From: Gemmatimonadaceae bacterium
GTDB taxonomy: Bacteria; Gemmatimonadota; Gemmatimonadetes; Gemmatimonadales; Gemmatimonadaceae
NCBI GenBank assembly: GCA_040902005.1
Contig: JBBDYA010000100.1
Span: forward strand, 25,442 to 89,441
DNA: 64,000 nucleotides
Direction of reading: 5' to 3'
A program made the position numbers and the translations under genes. This document shows, in pieces, positions 61,132-64,000 of the stretch. Under the pieces are notes generated by a model that had not been told where the DNA came from, ran no database searches, and saw nothing but the letters and a program-made list of their open reading frames with translations. Each line of letters starts with the position of its first letter. The first letter of the stretch is position 1.

Positions 61132-61602
61132 ATGCACAAGCCATCACTGGTCGTCGCCATCGGAACGGACCACGCGGGATTTCCGCTCAAGGACGCCGTG
61201 CGTCAGGCGGTACGCACCGCTGGAAGGGACGTCCTGGATTGCGGCGCAGTGTCGGTCGATCCCGCGGACGACTACCCCGACTATGCCCAGCGGGTGGCGG
61301 AGGCGCTGCTCGGAGGACGGGCCGAGCGCGGCGTGCTGCTCTGCGGGAGCGGTGTGGGCATCAGCGTCGCGGCCAACAAGTTTCCCGGCGTGCGGGCCGC
61401 GCTCTGTCATGACGTGTTTTCCGCCCGCCAGGGTGTGGAGGACGACGCGATGAACGTGTTGTGCCTCGGGGCGCGAGTCATCGGACCGTCACTGGCGGCG
61501 GAGATCGTCGGCGCATTTCTCGGTGCGGTGTTCTCGGGGGCGGAACGCCACCGCCGCCGGCTGGAGAAGGTACAGGGCTTCGAGCGCCGCCCCACCCGTT
61601 AA
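61132..61602 (+). CDS. rpiB: Ribose-5-phosphate isomerase B
   Basis: DHAG, DYPD, CGSGVG, ANK, NVLCLG, RHRRR. Confidence 0.95.
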   Translation: MHKPSLVVAIGTDHAGFPLKDAVRQAVRTAGRDVLDCGAVSVDPADDYPDYAQRVAEALLGGRAERGVLLCGSGVGISVAANKFPGVRAALCHDVFSARQGVEDDAMNVLCLGARVIGPSLAAEIVGAFLGAVFSGAERHRRRLEKVQGFERRPTR

Positions 61603-61613
61603 CTTTCACCGCA

Positions 61614-61686
<73 letters not shown>

Positions 61687-61698
61687 TTTGCTTTTGGT

Positions 61699-63915
61699 TC
61701 ACGCACAGCGGGCGCGGATCGCAAGCGGAGACGCGTAGGCGCCCAGCCCCGTCGGCAGCAGATCGCTCGCGGCGAGTTCCACCAGCATGTGGTCGCGGAG
61801 TGCCGCCACGCGGGATTCCGCCAGCCCGGTCGCCCACGGACCCTCGCCGAGGATCGAGCGTGCCCACGACGCGCGGTCGCCCGACTTCATCCATTGCGCG
61901 CGCTGCCGCAACCATCCGCGCGCGCGGCTCTCGGCCGCGAGGCGGATCAGGCGCACGCGTCCCGTCTCGTCATCATCACACGCGCCCTCGTCGATGAGTC
62001 CATCAGCAGCCCATGGCTGCGTTTGGCCGCGCAGGATCTCAGCGGCCACGCGCCCGTCCACCGGCCCCGCCAGCGACCAGCGCAGGAGCGTTTGCACGCT
62101 CGGCGCTGCCTCCCATGCGGCCAGTGGCGAGAGCGTCGTCATTTCCTCGAGCGCCGCCACCAGCGAGACCGAACGCCCGCCGCTGCGCAACCGCTCCGGA
62201 TGTACCACGTGTCCCGTCAGCAATTCGTCCTGCACCGCGCTCAGGAATCCGCTCGACACACCGTGGGCCGCGAGGGCCTGCGCCACGAACCAGTCCACAC
62301 GCGTCGCAAAGATCTCCGCGGGGCGCTCCACCCGGGCGCGCGGGGTACCGGGCAACTCGGACAGATCCTCCGCGATCGCCCGCAACGAGGCCGCGAGCCG
62401 TCCAGTCACCGCGCTCCCCCCTCCGCCCCCTTGCGCCCCGGAGCGCGTGACGAAATCCGAGCGGTAGCCGGCGTGCCCCTGACGCAACGCGCTCTGGCGG
62501 TCGAGATCGTGCGCGAGCTCGTGCGTGAGCGTTCCGGCCGCCGTGTGCACCGGCAGGTGCAGGGTGCGTGTTCGTGGATCGTGCATGGCCAGCGCCGAAT
62601 CTGCCGGTGCAGACATGCGGAACCTCACCAGCATGGCGTCCATCGTGAGCCCGGGGAGCACCCGACGCAGGTCGCGGACGCCGTCAGTGATGGTCCGCAG
62701 GAAGTACGGACGCCACGCGGCGGGCACGTCCTGATCGAACGTCACCTCGGCCACGCCGAGCTGCGTGGCGGCCTCTCGCGCCGTGGGCGCCGAATCGCCC
62801 GCGAACCACACCGGCTCCTGCGCTGACGACCGCATGGCGACGGCCGCCGTCATCAACAGCCGACCGATGATGCGGCGCTGCGATCGCGTGAAATCGTCGC
62901 CATGAACCGCCGCGGCCAGCATCTCGCCATTGTGCGCGCGGCCAAAAGCGGCGGCGTCAATGCGCGGTATCTGCGACCGCACCTGAGGCACGTAGCGCTG
63001 GATCGTGACGGCGAGCGCCGCCGACGGGGGTGTGCTCCTGCCGGCACCGTAGAGCTGCGGCGCGAGCAGTAGACCGATGCTGTCGTCGGGCACCGGGGAA
63101 CCGGCGCGCACTCCCACCCACCGCGCGGATCGCAGCGAGTCGAGCAGCAGGGCGCCCACGTCCACCGCGGCGCGCTCCATGGACGGGCCGGGCGCCAGCA
63201 GCATGGGGCGTTCGACGTAGAACTCGCGGCCCGCTCGCCGCGACCTGACTTCGTCAATGGGATTTCGCCGGGCCGACCGGATGATGGCGTTTGCCTCGCG
63301 GCGGGCGATTTCGCGGTCGGCAACGAGCGCTGCCGCTTCGGCCGCCAGGACTGTGGCAGCCGCGTCCACCAGCCGTTCCGCGGAGGCAAGCGCGTAGGCG
63401 AATCGAACGCCGAGTTCCGCGGCCCGTGGGTCGCTGGCCGACGCGATGGCGCGTTCGATCAACTCCAGATGCCACTCGCCCGGCATCGCCGTTCCGGCGT
63501 GCCGCGGGCCAATGCCGTCGAAGGCCGCGGCGTCCACCACGTGGCTTTCCCCGCGCGTGATGTGCGCGAACAACGCGAGGGCCACCGTGTGCTGCTCGTC
63601 GGACGTCAGGCGCGGATCACGCGCCGCACCTTCCACGAGCCGGAACGGGCTTTCCAGTCCCAGGCGCAACCGCTCTGCATATCCCCAGGCGATTGCGGTG
63701 CGGCTCTCATCGTCAGCCGGGGCTCCCTCGGTCAGATGGTCCAGGCGCTCCGCGGCAGCATCGAGTTGCGCCCGGGTCTGGGCCGATCTCCACGCGGTTG
63801 ACGCGAGCGCCACCATGGCAGACACTGCGACGGCGATTGCCAGCGTGAGCGCGCCACGCCTGGTGGCGCGATCGCGGGCAATAGCGGGAAGGCGGCGCTG
63901 CATGAATTCAGACAT
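61699..63915 (-). CDS. Large exported/anchored hypothetical protein with HExxH zincin motif
   Basis: N-terminal hydrophobic helix; GTLTHELAHDLD and a downstream PAEIFA. Confidence 0.75.
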   Translation of the reverse strand: MSEFMQRRLPAIARDRATRRGALTLAIAVAVSAMVALASTAWRSAQTRAQLDAAAERLDHLTEGAPADDESRTAIAWGYAERLRLGLESPFRLVEGAARDPRLTSDEQHTVALALFAHITRGESHVVDAAAFDGIGPRHAGTAMPGEWHLELIERAIASASDPRAAELGVRFAYALASAERLVDAAATVLAAEAAALVADREIARREANAIIRSARRNPIDEVRSRRAGREFYVERPMLLAPGPSMERAAVDVGALLLDSLRSARWVGVRAGSPVPDDSIGLLLAPQLYGAGRSTPPSAALAVTIQRYVPQVRSQIPRIDAAAFGRAHNGEMLAAAVHGDDFTRSQRRIIGRLLMTAAVAMRSSAQEPVWFAGDSAPTAREAATQLGVAEVTFDQDVPAAWRPYFLRTITDGVRDLRRVLPGLTMDAMLVRFRMSAPADSALAMHDPRTRTLHLPVHTAAGTLTHELAHDLDRQSALRQGHAGYRSDFVTRSGAQGGGGGSAVTGRLAASLRAIAEDLSELPGTPRARVERPAEIFATRVDWFVAQALAAHGVSSGFLSAVQDELLTGHVVHPERLRSGGRSVSLVAALEEMTTLSPLAAWEAAPSVQTLLRWSLAGPVDGRVAAEILRGQTQPWAADGLIDEGACDDDETGRVRLIRLAAESRARGWLRQRAQWMKSGDRASWARSILGEGPWATGLAESRVAALRDHMLVELAASDLLPTGLGAYASPLAIRARCA

Positions 63916-64000
63916 CTGCGACGGAGGGTACTGCCCTTCATACCCCGCACACGGTGCGCTGGCGCACCGCGTTGGGGGGGGGGGGGGGGGGGGGGCCGGC

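Noticed and set aside
63974..63995. Run of 22 G
   Set aside because: Most likely a sequencing or assembly artefact; cannot be supported as a G-quadruplex or regulatory tract without reads

Overview
High-GC bacterial chromosome segment. Gene content and order suggest Gemmatimonadota (inference). It holds about 62 CDS, mostly core genes: pilT, pdxA-surA-mfd, a long lepA-to-nfo run with ftsEX/envC, a Zn-type ABC importer, maeB, pckA, uvrA, purEK, uppS, holB, moaC, lytic transglycosylases and rpiB. It also has tRNA-Asn(GTT) and tRNA-Lys(TTT). No CRISPR array, rRNA, integrase or transposase was seen. Best leads: (1) a CxxC/RAPP leader ORF (CruR/DUF2946-like arrest peptide) ahead of an outer-membrane channel plus ZnuABC-type operon; (2) a coupled STAS-HATPase kinase plus STAS-wHTH pair inside a core operon; (3) a divergent nucleotidyltransferase/metallophosphoesterase pair among stress-type genes; (4) a tandem Sm/Hfq-like protein coupled to a PilT with a duplicated N-terminal domain; (5) a 180-bp IS5-like MITE that supplies a gene's stop codon. 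Also noted: several probable leaderless promoters, two sigma54 promoters, a CTG start and a uvrA/tRNA overlap. All family calls come from motif recognition by eye, not from database searches.
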